64,000 nt of DNA from Camelus ferus (taxonomy: Eukaryota), in assembly GCF_009834535.1 (NCBI RefSeq), contig NC_045697.1, positions 45,324,001-45,388,000 of the forward strand, in the 5' to 3' direction. The notes beneath the pieces are model-generated. The model saw only the letters and a list, made by a program, of their open reading frames with translations, made no database searches and had not been told where the DNA came from. Numbering within the stretch: the first letter of the stretch is position 1; each line of letters begins with the position of its first letter. Shown one piece after another: positions 13,233 to 25,799 of this stretch. A program made the position numbers and the translations under genes.

Positions 13233-14103
13233 TTTTTTTTTTTTTTTTAAGTATTTTTTTTAACATTTTTTTAATTGAGTTACAGTTATTTTACAATGTT
13301 GTGTCAATTTCAGTTATACATGAACATACATATATTCACTGTCACATTTTTTTTCGCTATGACCTACCACAAGATCTTGTATATATTTCCCTGTACTTAA
13401 CAGTATAATCTTGTTTATCTATTCTACATATGCCTGTCAGTATCTACAAATTTCGAACTCCCAATCTGTCCCTTCCCACCCCCCTCCCCCTTGGCAACCA
13501 CAAGTTTGTATTCTATGTCTATGAGTCTGTTTCTATTTTTTATTTATGTTCTTTTTTTTTTTTTTTAAGATTCCACATATGAGCAATCTCTTATGGTATT
13601 TTTCTTTCTCTTTCTGGTCTACTTCACTTAGAATGACATTCTCCAGGGACATCCATGTTGCTGCAAATGGCATTATGTTGTCAGTTTTTATGGCTGAATA
13701 GTATTCCATTGCATAAATATACCACATCTTCTTTATCCAGTCATCTGTTGATGGACATTAAAGGCTTGATCTACAGAATAGATAAGCAGCTCATATGACT
13801 TAATAAGAAAAAACAAACAACCCAATCCAAAAATGGGCGGAAGACCTAAACAAGCAATTCTCCAAGGAAGAAATACAAATGATCAATAGGCACGTGAAAA
13901 AATGCTCAATATCACTAATTATCAGAGAAATGCAAATCAAAACTACAATGAGGTATCACCTCACACCAGTCAGAATGGCCATCATTCAAAAGTCCACAAA
14001 TGAATGACAAATGCTGGAGAGGCTGTGGAGAAAAGGGAACCCTCCTACACTGCTGGTGGGAATGCAGTTTGGTGCAGCCACTGTGGAAAACAGTATGGAG
14101 ATT
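13233..14103 (-). mobile_element. 5'-inverted L1 (younger subfamily): antisense 3' end at 13233-13759 joined to a sense ORF2 segment at 13761-14103
   Basis: 13233-13759 is the reverse complement of about 24128-24640 of the long L1 (poly-T first). 13761-14103 matches about 23643-23978 on the + strand. Confidence 0.85.
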
Positions 14104-14466
14104 TCTCTTTTTTTTTTAACTGAAGTGTAGTCAGTTTATAATGTGTCTAATGTTTCAGTCATACATATACATACATATATTTCTCTTCATATTCTTTTTC
14201 ATTATGGCATATATCTGGAAGGAACTCTAATTCAAAAAGATACATGCACCCCAATGTTCATAGCAGCACTATTTACAATAGCCAAGACATGGAAGCAACC
14301 TAAATGTCCATCGACAGATGACCGGATAAAGAAGTTGTGGTATATTTAGACAATGGAATGCTACTCAGCGATGAAAAACTAATAAAATAATGCCATTTTG
14401 CAGCAACATGTATGGACATAGAGATTGTCATTCTAAGTGAAGTAAGCCAGAAAGAGAAAGGGAAAA
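14104..14466 (-). mobile_element. Second 5'-inverted L1 (different subfamily): antisense 3' tail at 14104-14205 joined to the sense ORF2 C-terminus at 14206-14466
   Basis: Poly-T plus the tail aactgaagtgtagtcagtttata... resembles 49272-49448. It is followed by the ORF2 end GIYLEGTLIQKDTCTPMFIAALFTIAKTWKQPKCPS. Confidence 0.75.
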
Positions 14467-14664
14467 GATGGCTTGCTCACTTAACCATGGCTCTCTACTG
14501 TAGGCTCTCTACCAGCTACTTCTGGTGTAGACTGTGTTCTCAAGAACTGTGTGATACCTTGGGAACCCCTGAGACAGTCCAATGATACCACCATAGATTC
14601 TGATGGTTTATGTTTGGGACAGATATTCATAGGATTTTTGAGATTCAGAGCATAAGATAATGAG

Positions 14665-14905
14665 ACAGCATGCTTTAAGAACTTACTATAAGCCAGACAC
14701 AGTTCTAAATGTTTACATATTGCTCATTTAATCCTTTTAACCCAACAAGGTAAGCTGTTCTTTAAAATCATTCCTTTTACAAAGGAGGAAATTGCAGCAG
14801 AAAGAGGCTCAATATGTTGCCCAGAGCTGCACAGCTGGTGAGAGGAAGGAGACACGTGCAGTCTGGCTTCAAGGCCCATGTTCTCAGCCACTACACTGTG
14901 TCTCT
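14665..14905 (-). mobile_element. MIR SINE
   Basis: ctcatttaatcct...ttttacaaaggaggaaattgcagcag...tgcccagagctgcacagctgg...cccatgttctcagccactacact. Confidence 0.8.
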
Positions 14906-15194
14906 GATGGCCTGTGGAGATGAAAGTAGGGCCAGAGAGTATTCGATTCCTATTACTTGATCCTAAGCAATATACTTCAATTTTGATGTCATTCTTTTCC
15001 GTCATCATTGACTTGTGCAGAAAACATACACATTCAGTGTCTCCACACTGAGCTGCGAGGGGCCATCTTACACAACATATACATCTTTTCCCTAAGTTCC
15101 TAGTATATGTGAAAAATAAATCATGTAGGAAACATGACTAAAATAAATCAATCCTATCTCCTTGCCCTTTCTCTTTACTTCTGCTTCATAGGAA

Positions 15195-15430
15195 GACAGG
15201 CGAGTACAGCGGAACAAGCCCGGCCTTTGGAGGGAGATCTGGTTACGCTCCTGGCTCCAGCATAGCAGGACACTAGCCAGGGCGCAGTGTGACCTGGGGC
15301 AGGTAGCTTAACATCTCTAAGTCTTAGTGTTCTTGTTTACAGAATAGAGATGGAATACTTCCTAAAATGTTTATTGCAATAATAGAGATCATTTTGTAAA
15401 GTGTCTTGCCTAGAGTAAATGCTTATTAAG
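15195..15430 (+). mobile_element. MIR SINE
   Basis: gtgtgacctggggcaggtagcttaacatctctaagtcttagtgttcttgtttacagaatagagat matches the MIR core. Confidence 0.75.
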
Positions 15431-17872
15431 AATTGATTCCTTCTGTTTTTGCTTCTGTTGGAATGCATTCCAGTCACCTAAGCATTTTTACTTTCTATTT
15501 TGTTTAAAACCCCACCAAACCCCACCAATCCATCTGAATTTCTCAGAATATCTGATGCCTAAAAACGTTTTCAAGCCATTTTCAAATATTTAGTGATCAC
15601 ATATTTAGCGATACAGGCAGTCACAGGTGGCATCTGATGCTCCAAAGGATGGCCCCAGGACACAATCTTCCTTAAGATTATTCTGACCATCTCAAAGACT
15701 GATTAGGTTAGTTGACATGAGTTACATTTGTCATTAAAACTGTCACAGTCATTTATTTGGGTTAATGTTCTACATCCTGGCCCCCAGAGTCCTCGTGATC
15801 ACAGACTCAGAAAGCTATTTTTCAAATAGCAAATCAGGGGAAAGGAAGGGAAAATTCTGGCTGCTGTTACTAGCTGCATCTTTTATTTGTTTGTTTTTAG
15901 ACAAAGTGATATTTCTGGACAGAGAAACATTTCTCTCCAGATCTCTGGAAAATTTGTTGGGTGGGAAAGAAGTATTTTCTGACCAGGGGAGGCTGCTGGA
16001 AGTCTTGAAAATGGGGGATTCCAAATGGCAATTTTTGTGAGAACACAGGCATCAATGTCTCTTCAACTTAGAAGATTCTGGAGAAAAAATGTCTAATATA
16101 GTCTAGCACATAGACGTTCTGCTCAAAAAGGACTGCAACAAAAAATACTTCCTTGTTGGTTCTGGCAAAGTCAAGGAAATTAGATTATGAAAGAGACCCC
16201 TGGGGGAGCTAGAGCATTTCCAGAGCAAGGAGCAAAGCAAAGCAAAGCAAAATTGGAGAACCCTCACGTCCTCCAACATGCAAAGATAAAAAGAAAATTT
16301 AAGGAAGAAAGGAAATGTTGGAGTGGTTATTACACTACCAGAGATGAAAGACAGAAGAAGGCCCCCAGCCAAAGAAGTGATGATTATACGCCAAACCAAC
16401 TTTCCCCAGCTACAGACTATTAAAATGAAAGGTCAAAGCACAACAGAATTTCTGGGCAGCCTAATGTTGACGGTAAGGCTCTTATCTGGTACAGTCAATT
16501 GGCAAACATAGATGAAATTATCTAGGTCTTACTTTACATCCATAAACCAGATAAGTGTTGTATATTAACAAACTGAATTAGAGTCAGGTAGGAGCAGCAG
16601 GCTTCCTGGAACATAGGAAATGGCAGACTCTCAGTTAATGCAGAAAGGAAAGCAGTGTGACCATCAAGGAGTTGGCAAAACATAGCCATGTCCCCAGGTG
16701 GCCACAAGGGGAAAATGCTGACACTTTGAAGCTAAACAGTAACTAGCTCTCAACAGAGTGAGAAACTCTGCTAGTGGGAACACAGTGGTACTTTTCAGAG
16801 TAGGATTGTCCATGATTTTAGGTAAAGAACTCCCCCAAAACTAAGATTTTGCAAAAATATTTTCAAAATAAAAATTAAATTGCATATAACATTGCCTTAG
16901 GTTTACATTGCATTTTAGAGCATGAGTAATGCTCCTTCAATGGCAAAAACATCTCAGTTCTCAGCATTTTTCACATATAGGAGCTACTACATTCTTCATG
17001 AAATTGGGCAATAAGATGTGTAATAAGCATGGTAGGATTCTGAATGAGATTAATCCAGTTAAAATTAGAATCATAAATGATTAGTTTCCTAGCATGAGAG
17101 TAGTAAGACTTCTTAACCTAGTAAAACTTTTAGAACATTTCTTGGTCACATTTTTAGCTGTGCTTAAATATGTAGGAAATATTAAAAGAGGAAAATATGA
17201 AACTCTAAGTAAAGGTGAATTACCTAGAAAAATTTCCTGCTAGGTGAAGAAACTGCCCTTCAAAGCAATAGTTGGCTGGGAGATTCATAAGTGCTTTGAG
17301 ATATGGCCAAAAACATTACGGTACCCTGGGGAACACTAAGTCAAATTTGATGACCAAACACATTTAACACTCTCTGTCAAAAAGTAGAATTGCTCATTTC
17401 AATATTTACTCAGTTGGGGAAACATTTCTGACATGCATGAAATTTAACTTCACAAGACTAAGTTTACTCTGGTGAAAACATTGGTATTTCGAGATGAACA
17501 TTACACATAAAAACAAATAAACCACGCTTTCTACCTGTGTGAGGGTGCTATGAGGTGTGCTTGATTTGATTTTTTAGAAAATAGGCCATGTCACACTTGG
17601 ACAAGAACATACTTTGAAGAATGTACTTTTGGCAGAGATATTGGTTGGGAAGTGCTAACTCTGAGTTCGAAGAGATTGTTTGATCCCTCCTATTGGAGCT
17701 CTCAAAGGATAACCTGAAAGAAGAAATTAAATACTTGTAGTAAATTACGTCTATCTCATCTTTGGAGTGGTAGAGAGACTAAGTATATTTTTCATGAATG
17801 TTTATCCCAGCAAGTTTTCAATGTAACCAGCACAGTTCTTATAACTCACATAGCAATTTCTGGAAAGTCTAC

Positions 17873-18218
17873 TGCTATAAATTGAAGGTTTGTATCGCTC
17901 AAAATCCACATGTGGAAACCTAATCCCCAAGTAATGGTATTGGGAGAAGGGAGTGTTTGGGAGGTGATTCTGTCAGAGAGTGGAGCCCTCATGATAGGAT
18001 TAGTTCTCTTATAAAACAGACCTCAGTCAGAGAGCCCCCTCATCCTTCTCCACAGGGAGAAGATGGCATCATATGAACCAGAAAGAGAGCTCACATCTGA
18101 CACCAAACCTACCAGTACCTTGATCTTGCACTTCCTAGCCTCCAGAAATCTGAGAAATAAATGTTTGTTGTTTAAGCCACCCACCTATGGTATTTTGTTA
18201 GTGCTCTAACAAAAAGAC
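17873..18218 (+). mobile_element. MaLR solo LTR (MLT1A-like)
   Basis: tgctataaattgaaggtttgt...aaacctaatcccca...ggagccctcatga...cttcctagcctccagaa...aataaatgtttgttgtttaagccaccca. Confidence 0.85.
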
Positions 18219-18861
18219 TGCTATAGTCTACAGTCTTGAAACCAAGTAAGTAGTAAACATACTGAAATTCAATTAAATATGGCTGTGTCAGTTAACCTGC
18301 GCTGTGTAACAAATGACTCTAAAACTTAATAATTTAAAACAACACCTATATATATTGCCATCCATTTCAGATGTCAGTAATTTGGGCTAGGCTGAGCTGG
18401 ACAGTTCTCCTTGGTTTTCTGATCTTTGCTAGTATTATGAGTTGAATTATGTTATTCTCCCACCCAGCCCTCTCAAATTCATATGATGAAGTCTTAACCC
18501 CCAGTACCTCAGAATATTATTATATTTGGAGATAGAATCTTTATAAAAGTAATTAAGGTAAAATGAGGTCATTAGTATTAGGGGCCCCAATCCAACATGA
18601 CTGGTGTCCTTATAAGAAGAGGAAATGTGGACACAGGTGCATACAAGGGGAGGATGATGTGAAGATAAAGGGAGAACACCATGTCAACATGAAGACAGGT
18701 GTCTGTAAGCCAAGGAGAGAGGCCTGGGACAGATCCTTCCTTCAGAGCCTTCCAAAGGAACTGACCTTGCCAACTTTGATCTCAGACTTCCAGCCTCCAG
18801 AACTTTGAGAAATTTGCTTTTAATTTCTATTGTTTAAGTCACTAGGTCTGTGGTAATTTGT

Positions 18862-19350
18862 ATTTTTTAAATTGAAGTAGAGTTGATGTACAATGTTATG
18901 TTATTTTCAGGTGTACAACATACTTATTTGACATTTAAATATATTACAAAATAATCACCCATGATAAGTCTAGTAATCATATGTCCTCTTACAAAGTTAT
19001 TATGGTATTATTGACTATTTTCCTTACGCTGTATATTACATCCTTGTGATTCATTTATTTTATAGGTGGAAGTTTGTGCTTCTTAATCCCCTTCACCTAT
19101 TTTTGCCTAACCACCCCCCACTGCCCCAGCAACTACTAGTTTGTTCTCTGTACCTATGAATCTGTTTCTATTTTGTTTGTTTTGTTTCTTAGATTCTCCA
19201 TGTAAGTGAAATTATACAGTATTTATGTTTCTTTGCCTGACTTACTTCACTTAACATATAACCTCCAGGTCTGTTCATGTTGTTGCAAATGGCAAGAATT
19301 CATTCTTTTTCATGGGTGAGTTATACTGCATTGTCTCTCTTTCTCTCTCT

Positions 19351-19404
<54 letters not shown>

Positions 19405-19423
19405 ATCTGCTTTAATCCATTCA
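18862..19423 (-). mobile_element. L1 3' end
   Basis: ttttttaaattgaagtagagttgatgtacaatgtt...agattctccatgtaagtgaaattatacagtatt...catgttgttgcaaatggcaagaattcattc. Confidence 0.85.
19334..19402. repeat. Compound (TC)n-(AC)24 microsatellite
   Basis: Read directly from the sequence; the AC run spans 19355-19402. Confidence 0.95.
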
Positions 19424-20489
19424 GTCTTTGTTATAACAGCCTTAACTAATGTAGCTGGGCATTCTCATGCATCTGCAGGCAGCTGGTGGATTGGCCAGGC
19501 TGGCTGATTATGATGGTTTAAGCTGGAACAACTGTAAGAACTGGGGTCTCTCTCTATGGATTATCTCATCTTCCAGCAGACTAGCCAAGATCATTTACAT
19601 GGCTTTTGCAGATTTCTCAGAAAGCAAGAACAGAAGCTATACGGCCTTTTAAGACTGAGACTTAGAACTGGCACAATATCATTCTTGCCATATTCTATTT
19701 ATTAAAACAAGTTCCAGGACCAGCATGGATTCAACAGTTAGGAACATAGACTCCACCTCTTAAAATGAGATACAGGGTCTTGTCATTTTGGCCATCTACC
19801 AAACAGCCATTTGACATCATGGAACTAAAACTTTTCCACAGATCAGAAGTGTGAGTCAAGATTATGCTCCAATATCAATTCTGAAAATCTCTTGAACAGA
19901 ATTTTCCATCAAAAAATTATACTGAGGCCAATATCCAAAAAGGAAGGACTAGGTTGTTAAAACATCATAGATGCTTTTAAATACAGTTCTATCCCCATAA
20001 ATGAATATTTTGTTTCAAGCAGATGCAAATGTACAATACTGGATCACTGATGAAAAAAAAAAAAAGAAAGTGAACTTTCTATCCAACAGGTTGGTTATTA
20101 GATCTTAATTTTTATGGATAGAATTAAACAATTAAAGGGGTCACAGTAAGTCATTACTTGTTGAAACCCACCTTTCCCAAGTTTAGATTATTGAAAGCAG
20201 AGCTTTGTTTTAACACAATGGATTGTCTGGACCTTTTAATATTAACTTTTTAAGTGTCTTCCACTGATTGATAATTAATTAATGCATTTACTTATTGAAT
20301 AAATAATGGTAAAGGTCTTATTACTTGCAAGGGCCCAGTAATACATGAGAGAACAAAATGAACTTGATCTTCACTCTCATAGAACTTTAGTAAATAAAAA
20401 GATATTAAGTCAATAAAAGAACACATACAGATATAATTAAAATTGTAAAAATTCATATGAATATAACTATAAAGTGTGTAATAAAGGAT

Positions 20490-21097
20490 TACTCATTCAA
20501 TAAACATGTATTGAATGGCTTATTATGAGCCAGTTAACTGGGAATAACAAAGGGACTGAGTCAGAGATGCCTCTTTTTTATGGCGCTCACTTTCTAGTAT
20601 GAGAGACAGCCCCAAAGCCCAATCAGTGAATTAATTATAAATAAACAAAGACTTAACCATAACTTGTGACAAATGTTATGGAAAAAGGAATAGACAAAGA
20701 AAGGGACAAAAGTGGGGCTGTCTTTAGAGGCTGTAAGCTGATAAGATTTCCAAGAGAAGGTGATATTTAAGCTGAGATCCAAAGATGAAAGATGTTGTCA
20801 TTTTAAGAAGAGGTGGAACATTTCCAGGCAGAGGAAAGAGGAAGTACGAAGCCCTGGGGGTGAAGGGTCATGACCAATGGAGCAGGAATCTTAATGGAAG
20901 TCTGATGACCAGTGCTGTCCAGGGTGGTGAGCCATGTGGGGCAGGAACCAGACCACAGGGCTTTCATGGAACAGCAAGAGAAGCACTGATATTATTCTAG
21001 TGAAATGGGAAGCCACTGAAGGATTTTAAGCAGAGAGGGATGTGACCTAGTCTAAGAACAGTCTGCTGCTGTGTGGATTATGTATTGAAAGGATTAG
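20490..21097 (-). mobile_element. L2 remnant (3' part); continues at 24642-24730 beyond the L1 insertion
   Basis: tcattcaataaacatgtattgaatg (L2 3' end, antisense)...gaagccactgaaggattttaagcagag...ctgctgtgtgg; it resumes gagaccagtgg...tccaggtgaaggatgatggcagcctagact. Confidence 0.75.
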
Positions 21098-24000
21098 TGC
21101 ACATAGAACATTTTCTAGGATTGATCATCTACTTGGGCACAAAAGAAGCCTCAACAAATATTAAGATGATAGAAATTATCTCAAGCATCTTTACTGATCA
21201 CAATGCCATGAAACTAGAAATCAACTACAGAGAAACAAAGGAGAAAAAAGGGAAAGCATGGAGATTAAACAACATGCTATTAAAAAACCAACGGGCAAAT
21301 GATGAAATTAAAGTTGAAATTAAAAAGTGCCTTGAGACAAATGAAAATGAAAACACAACCACACAAAATTTATGGGACTCAGCAAAGGCAGTGCTAAGAG
21401 GGAAGTTTATAGCGATACGGGCCTTCCTCAAAAAAGAAGAACAACCTCAAATAAACACTCTAACCCACCAGCTAAAGGGATTAGAAAAAGAAGAGCAAAA
21501 AGCCCCAAAAGGCAGCAGAAGGAAGGAAATAATAAAGGTCAGGGAGGAAATAAATAAAATGGAGATTAAAAAAAAAATAGAAAAAAATCAATCAAACCAA
21601 AAGCTGGTTTCTTGAAAAAGTAAATAAAATCGACAAACCTCTGGCCAAACTCACAAAGAAGAAAAAAGAGAGAGCACATTTTAGCAAAATAAGAAAGGAA
21701 AATGGAGAAATTACAACAAATAACATAGAAACACAGAATATCATATGAGAATATTATGAAAATATTATGGAACCAAATTGGATAACCTAGAGGAGATAGA
21801 CAAGTTTCTGGCAAAATACAGTCCACCAAGACTGAACCAAGAAGAAACTGACCACTTGAACAAACCGATCACTAGAAATGTAATCGAATTAGCAATAAAA
21901 ACCCCTACAAATAAAAGTCCAGGACCGGATGGCTTCACCAGGGAATTCTATCAAACATACAAAGAAGCACTCATACCAGTCCTTCTCAAACTCTTCCAGA
22001 AGATTGAAAAGGAGGAAATACTCCCAAACTCATTCTACAAAGCCACCATCACCCTGATACCAAAACCAGGCAAAGACACTACCAAAAGAGAGAACTACAG
22101 GCCAATATCACTGATGAACACAGATGCCAAAATCCTCACCAAAATATTAGCAAATAGAATCCAACAACACATAAAAAAGATCATACATCATGATCAAGTG
22201 TGGTTCATCCCAAGGACACAAAGGTGGTTCAACATATGCAAATCAATCAATGTAATACATCACATCAACAAGAGAAAGGACAAACACCACACGATCATCT
22301 CAATAGTTGCAGAAAAAGCATTTCATAAAATTCAACACCCATTATGATAAAAACTCTCACCTAAGTGGGTATAGTGGGAACATATCTCAACATCATAAAA
22401 GCTATATATGATAAACCTACAGCCAGCATAGTACTCAACAGTGAAAAACTCAAAAGCTCCCCACTAAAATCTGGGACAAGACAAGGCTTCCCACTATCAC
22501 CACTCCTATTCAGCATAGTCTTGGAAGTCTTAGCCGCAGCAATCAGGCAAGAGAGAGAAATAAAATGGATCCAAATTGGAAAAGAAGAGGTAAAAGTGTC
22601 ACTATATGCCGATGACATCTTACTATATACAGAAAACCCTAAAAGGACCACGCAAAAACTACTAGATCTGATGGAAGAATTCAGCAAGGTAGCAGGTTAC
22701 AAGATTAATGTTCAAAAATCAGGTGCATTTCTTTACATTAATGATGAATTAACAGAAAAAGAAAGTAAAGAAACAATCCCCTTTAAGATAGCACCCAAAG
22801 TCATAAAATACCTAGGAATAAATCTAACCAAGGAGGTGAAAGAATTATACACAGAAAACTATAAAGCATTGATGAAGGAAATTAAGGAAGACTTTAAAAA
22901 ATGGAAAGATATCCCATACTCCTGGATTGGAAGAATCAGTATTGTTAAAATGGTCACACTGCCCAAGGCAATCTACAGATTTAATGCAATCCCTATCAAA
23001 TTACCCAGGACATATTTCGCAGAACTAGAACAAATCATAATAAAATTTATATAGAACTACTAAAGACCTAGAATTGCCAAAGCATTACTGCAGAAAAAGA
23101 AAGAGGCTGGAGGAATAACTCTCCCAGACTTCAGACAATACTATAGAGCTACAGTAATCAAGACAGCATGGTATTGGTACAAAAACAGACATATAGACCA
23201 ATGGAACAGAATAGAGAGCCCAGAAATGAACCCACAAACTTTTGGTCAGCTAATCTTTGACAAAGGAGGCAAGAATATACAGTGGAATAAAGACAGCCTC
23301 TTCAGCAAATGGTGTTGGGAAAACTGGACAGCAGCATGTAAAACAATGAAGTTAGAACACTCCCTTACACCATACACAAAAATAAACTCAAAATGGATCA
23401 AAGAGTTAAACACAAGACAAGATACAATAAACCTCCTAGAAGAAAATGTAGGCAAAACATTATCTGACATACATCTCAAAAATGTTCTCCTAGGGCAGTC
23501 TACCCTAGCAATAGAAATAAAAGTAAGAATAAACAAATGAGACCTAATTAAACTTACAAGGTTCTGCACAGCAAAGGAAACCATAAGTAAAATAAAAAGA
23601 CAACCTACGGAATGGGAGAAAATTTTTGCAAATGAAATTGACAAAGGCTTGATCTCCAGAATATATAAGCAGCTCATAAGACTTAATAAGAAAAAAAAAA
23701 CCCAATCCAAAAATGGGCAAAAGACCTAAACAAGCAATTCTCCAGGAAGAAATACAAATGATAAATAGGCCACATTAAAAAATGCTCACTATCATTAAAT
23801 ATCAGAGAAATGCAAATCAAAACTACAATGAGGTGTCACCTCACACCAGTCAGAATGGACATCATTCAAAAGTCCACAAATGACAAATGTTGGAGAGGCT
23901 GTGGAGAAAAGGGAATCCTCTTACACTGCTGGTAGGAATGCAGTTTGGTGCAGCTACTGTGGAAAACAGTATGGAGATTCCTCAAAAGACTAGGAAGAGA

Positions 24001-24641
24001 CTTACCATATGACCGAGGAATCCCACTCCAGGGCATATATCCAGAAGGAACCCTACTTCAAAATGACACCTGCACCCCAATGTTCATAGAAGCACCATTT
24101 ACAATAGCCAAGACATGGAAACAGCTTAAATGTCCATCAACAGATGACTGGATAAAGAAGAGGTGGTATACTTCTACAATGGAATACTATTCAGCCATAA
24201 AAACTGACAACATAACACATTAGTAGCAATATGGATACTCCTGGGGAATGTCATTCTAAGTGAAGTAAGCCAGAAAGAGAAAGAAAAATACCATATGAGA
24301 TTGTATATATGTGGAATCTAAAAAAAAAAAAAAAAAAAAAAAACATTAAATACAAAACAGAAAAAGACTCATAGACATAGAATACAAACTTGTGGTTGCC
24401 AAGGGGGCAGGGGGTGGGAAGGGATAGACTGGGATTTCAAAATGTAGAATAGATAAGCAAGATTATACTGTATAGCACAGGGAAATATGTACACAATCTT
24501 ATGGTAGCTCACGGCAAAAAAATAAATGTGACAATGAATATATATATGTTCATGTATAACTGAAAAATTGTGCTGTATACTGGAATTTGACACAACATTG
24601 TAAAATCACTATAACTCAATAAAAAAAGTTAAAAAAAACAA
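21098..24641 (+). mobile_element. 5'-truncated LINE-1 (about 3.5 kb): disabled ORF2 (end of endonuclease, reverse transcriptase, C-terminal domain), 3' UTR and A tail
   Basis: ORF pieces 21073-21615, 21778-22347, 22365-23054, 23226-23540 and 23945-24223 translate to L1 ORF2 ([45 protein letters not shown] at 22605-22616, KYLGINLT). It carries frameshifts and premature stops (e.g. TAG at 23052-23054, TGA at 23538-23540). AATAAA is at 24618-24623. A perfect 11-bp TSD gaaaggattag lies at 21087-21097 and 24642-24652. Confidence 0.97.
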
Positions 24642-25799
24642 GAAAGGATTAGAAGTAGGGGTAGAGACCAGTGGTAAAGTAGCTGAAGTACTCCAGGTGA
24701 AGGATGATGGCAGCCTAGACTCAGGCCATGGAATGAAAGAATTGAGGAACAAGTGGGATTTTAACAGGAAAGAGTGATGTGCAGTATAAGAGGGTCATCA
24801 AGGCTTCTCTAAGGATGGTTAATGTAAGGTGATACCCTTTGGTGGAAGATTAAGAGGAAGCCTTCATTCACACAGTGAGACAGGATTAAATTAAGACCTT
24901 AAGAAAACTTCAATTCTAAAAAGGAGATCGCTCTCCTCTTCTCCAAGGCACATGTCATACCTGTATAGTTCAAAATCAAAACAGGACTAAACCACAAAAT
25001 AGGTGGAAGCAGTTCTACCAGATGCAGAATTTGCCCACCATGACTGTTAGTGCTTTTACTTTTGAAATTTCAAATATCAAATAATTTCAAGAGAATTTTA
25101 CTGATCTAGAGATGCTGAGTCTTTTTGTTTAATCTCATCTTTAACAAAGGTCCCGGGAAGGGAAAGTGTTCGGAGTGTTTTAGACTGAATGTAGGAAGCT
25201 TCTGTTGGTGTAGGGATTACAGCTCAGGGCAGATCATGCAGTGACCTGCAAGCTAAATTGGGGACTGGACCTTAGGAGCAAAAGAGAATGTCAGAAAGCA
25301 AGGGAGGAGGAGGGGCATTCAGATCAGACATGAGTGACTGCACTGATCCCTGGGGAGAAAGGGGTGAGGCTGGATTACGGGTGTTGCTGGCAGTGCAGGC
25401 AGAGCCAAGTCAGAAGATTCTGGAGGTCAGTTCTGATTAAAAAATGAATCCCTTACTGACACTACTATTTTTCAAAATACATTTATTTTTATACCATTTC
25501 TTTATTTTGACTGGAGCAAAGCAGAGTTGAGAGTTTTTAGTTAGTGCAAATAAAATGTCAGAGGCAATGTATCGGTCTAGTGACTTCTTCAAAAGAACTG
25601 AGAAATGTCATCATTTTTATATTTGGAAATTCACTCTCACTTTGTTCCGTTTTGATCTGTATGGTTTGCTTTAAAGATAATACTGTAGCTACCGTGGCCT
25701 GTATGGCTTGCAGTGGCTTTTAACTAAACTCCATTAAAATTCTGACCTAATTCATTTCTGACTGTACCAACTTGTTTTTTCTCTTGACATTTTTTATTT

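Larger units (their letters stand above)
18433..19453 (+). mobile_element. MLT1B-like solo LTR (18433-18861 plus 19426-19453), split by an L1
   Basis: tattatgagttgaatt...cccccagtacctcagaat...gactggtgtccttataagaagagga...cagacttccagcctccagaact...ggtctgtggtaatttgt | ctttgttataacagccttaactaat. Confidence 0.85.
18285..19800 (-). mobile_element. Older MLT1 LTR (MLT1G/H-like) in two parts, 18285-18432 and about 19454-19800, interrupted by MLT1B and L1
   Basis: tgtgtcagtta...gctgtgtaacaaatgactctaaaactta...gggctaggctgagctgg; it continues ctcatgcatctgcaggcagctgg...tagactccacctct. Confidence 0.65.

Noticed and set aside
15765..16511. Cluster of overlapping 60-98 aa ORFs as a possible processed pseudogene
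   Set aside because: I found no recognisable protein similarity, poly-A tail or TSD; a blastx search would be needed to exclude it fully.
21073..24223. Long ORFs with reverse-transcriptase motifs as a possible active or novel RT system
   Set aside because: They are ordinary fragments of one L1 ORF2 broken by stops and frameshifts; ORF1 and the 5' UTR are absent.
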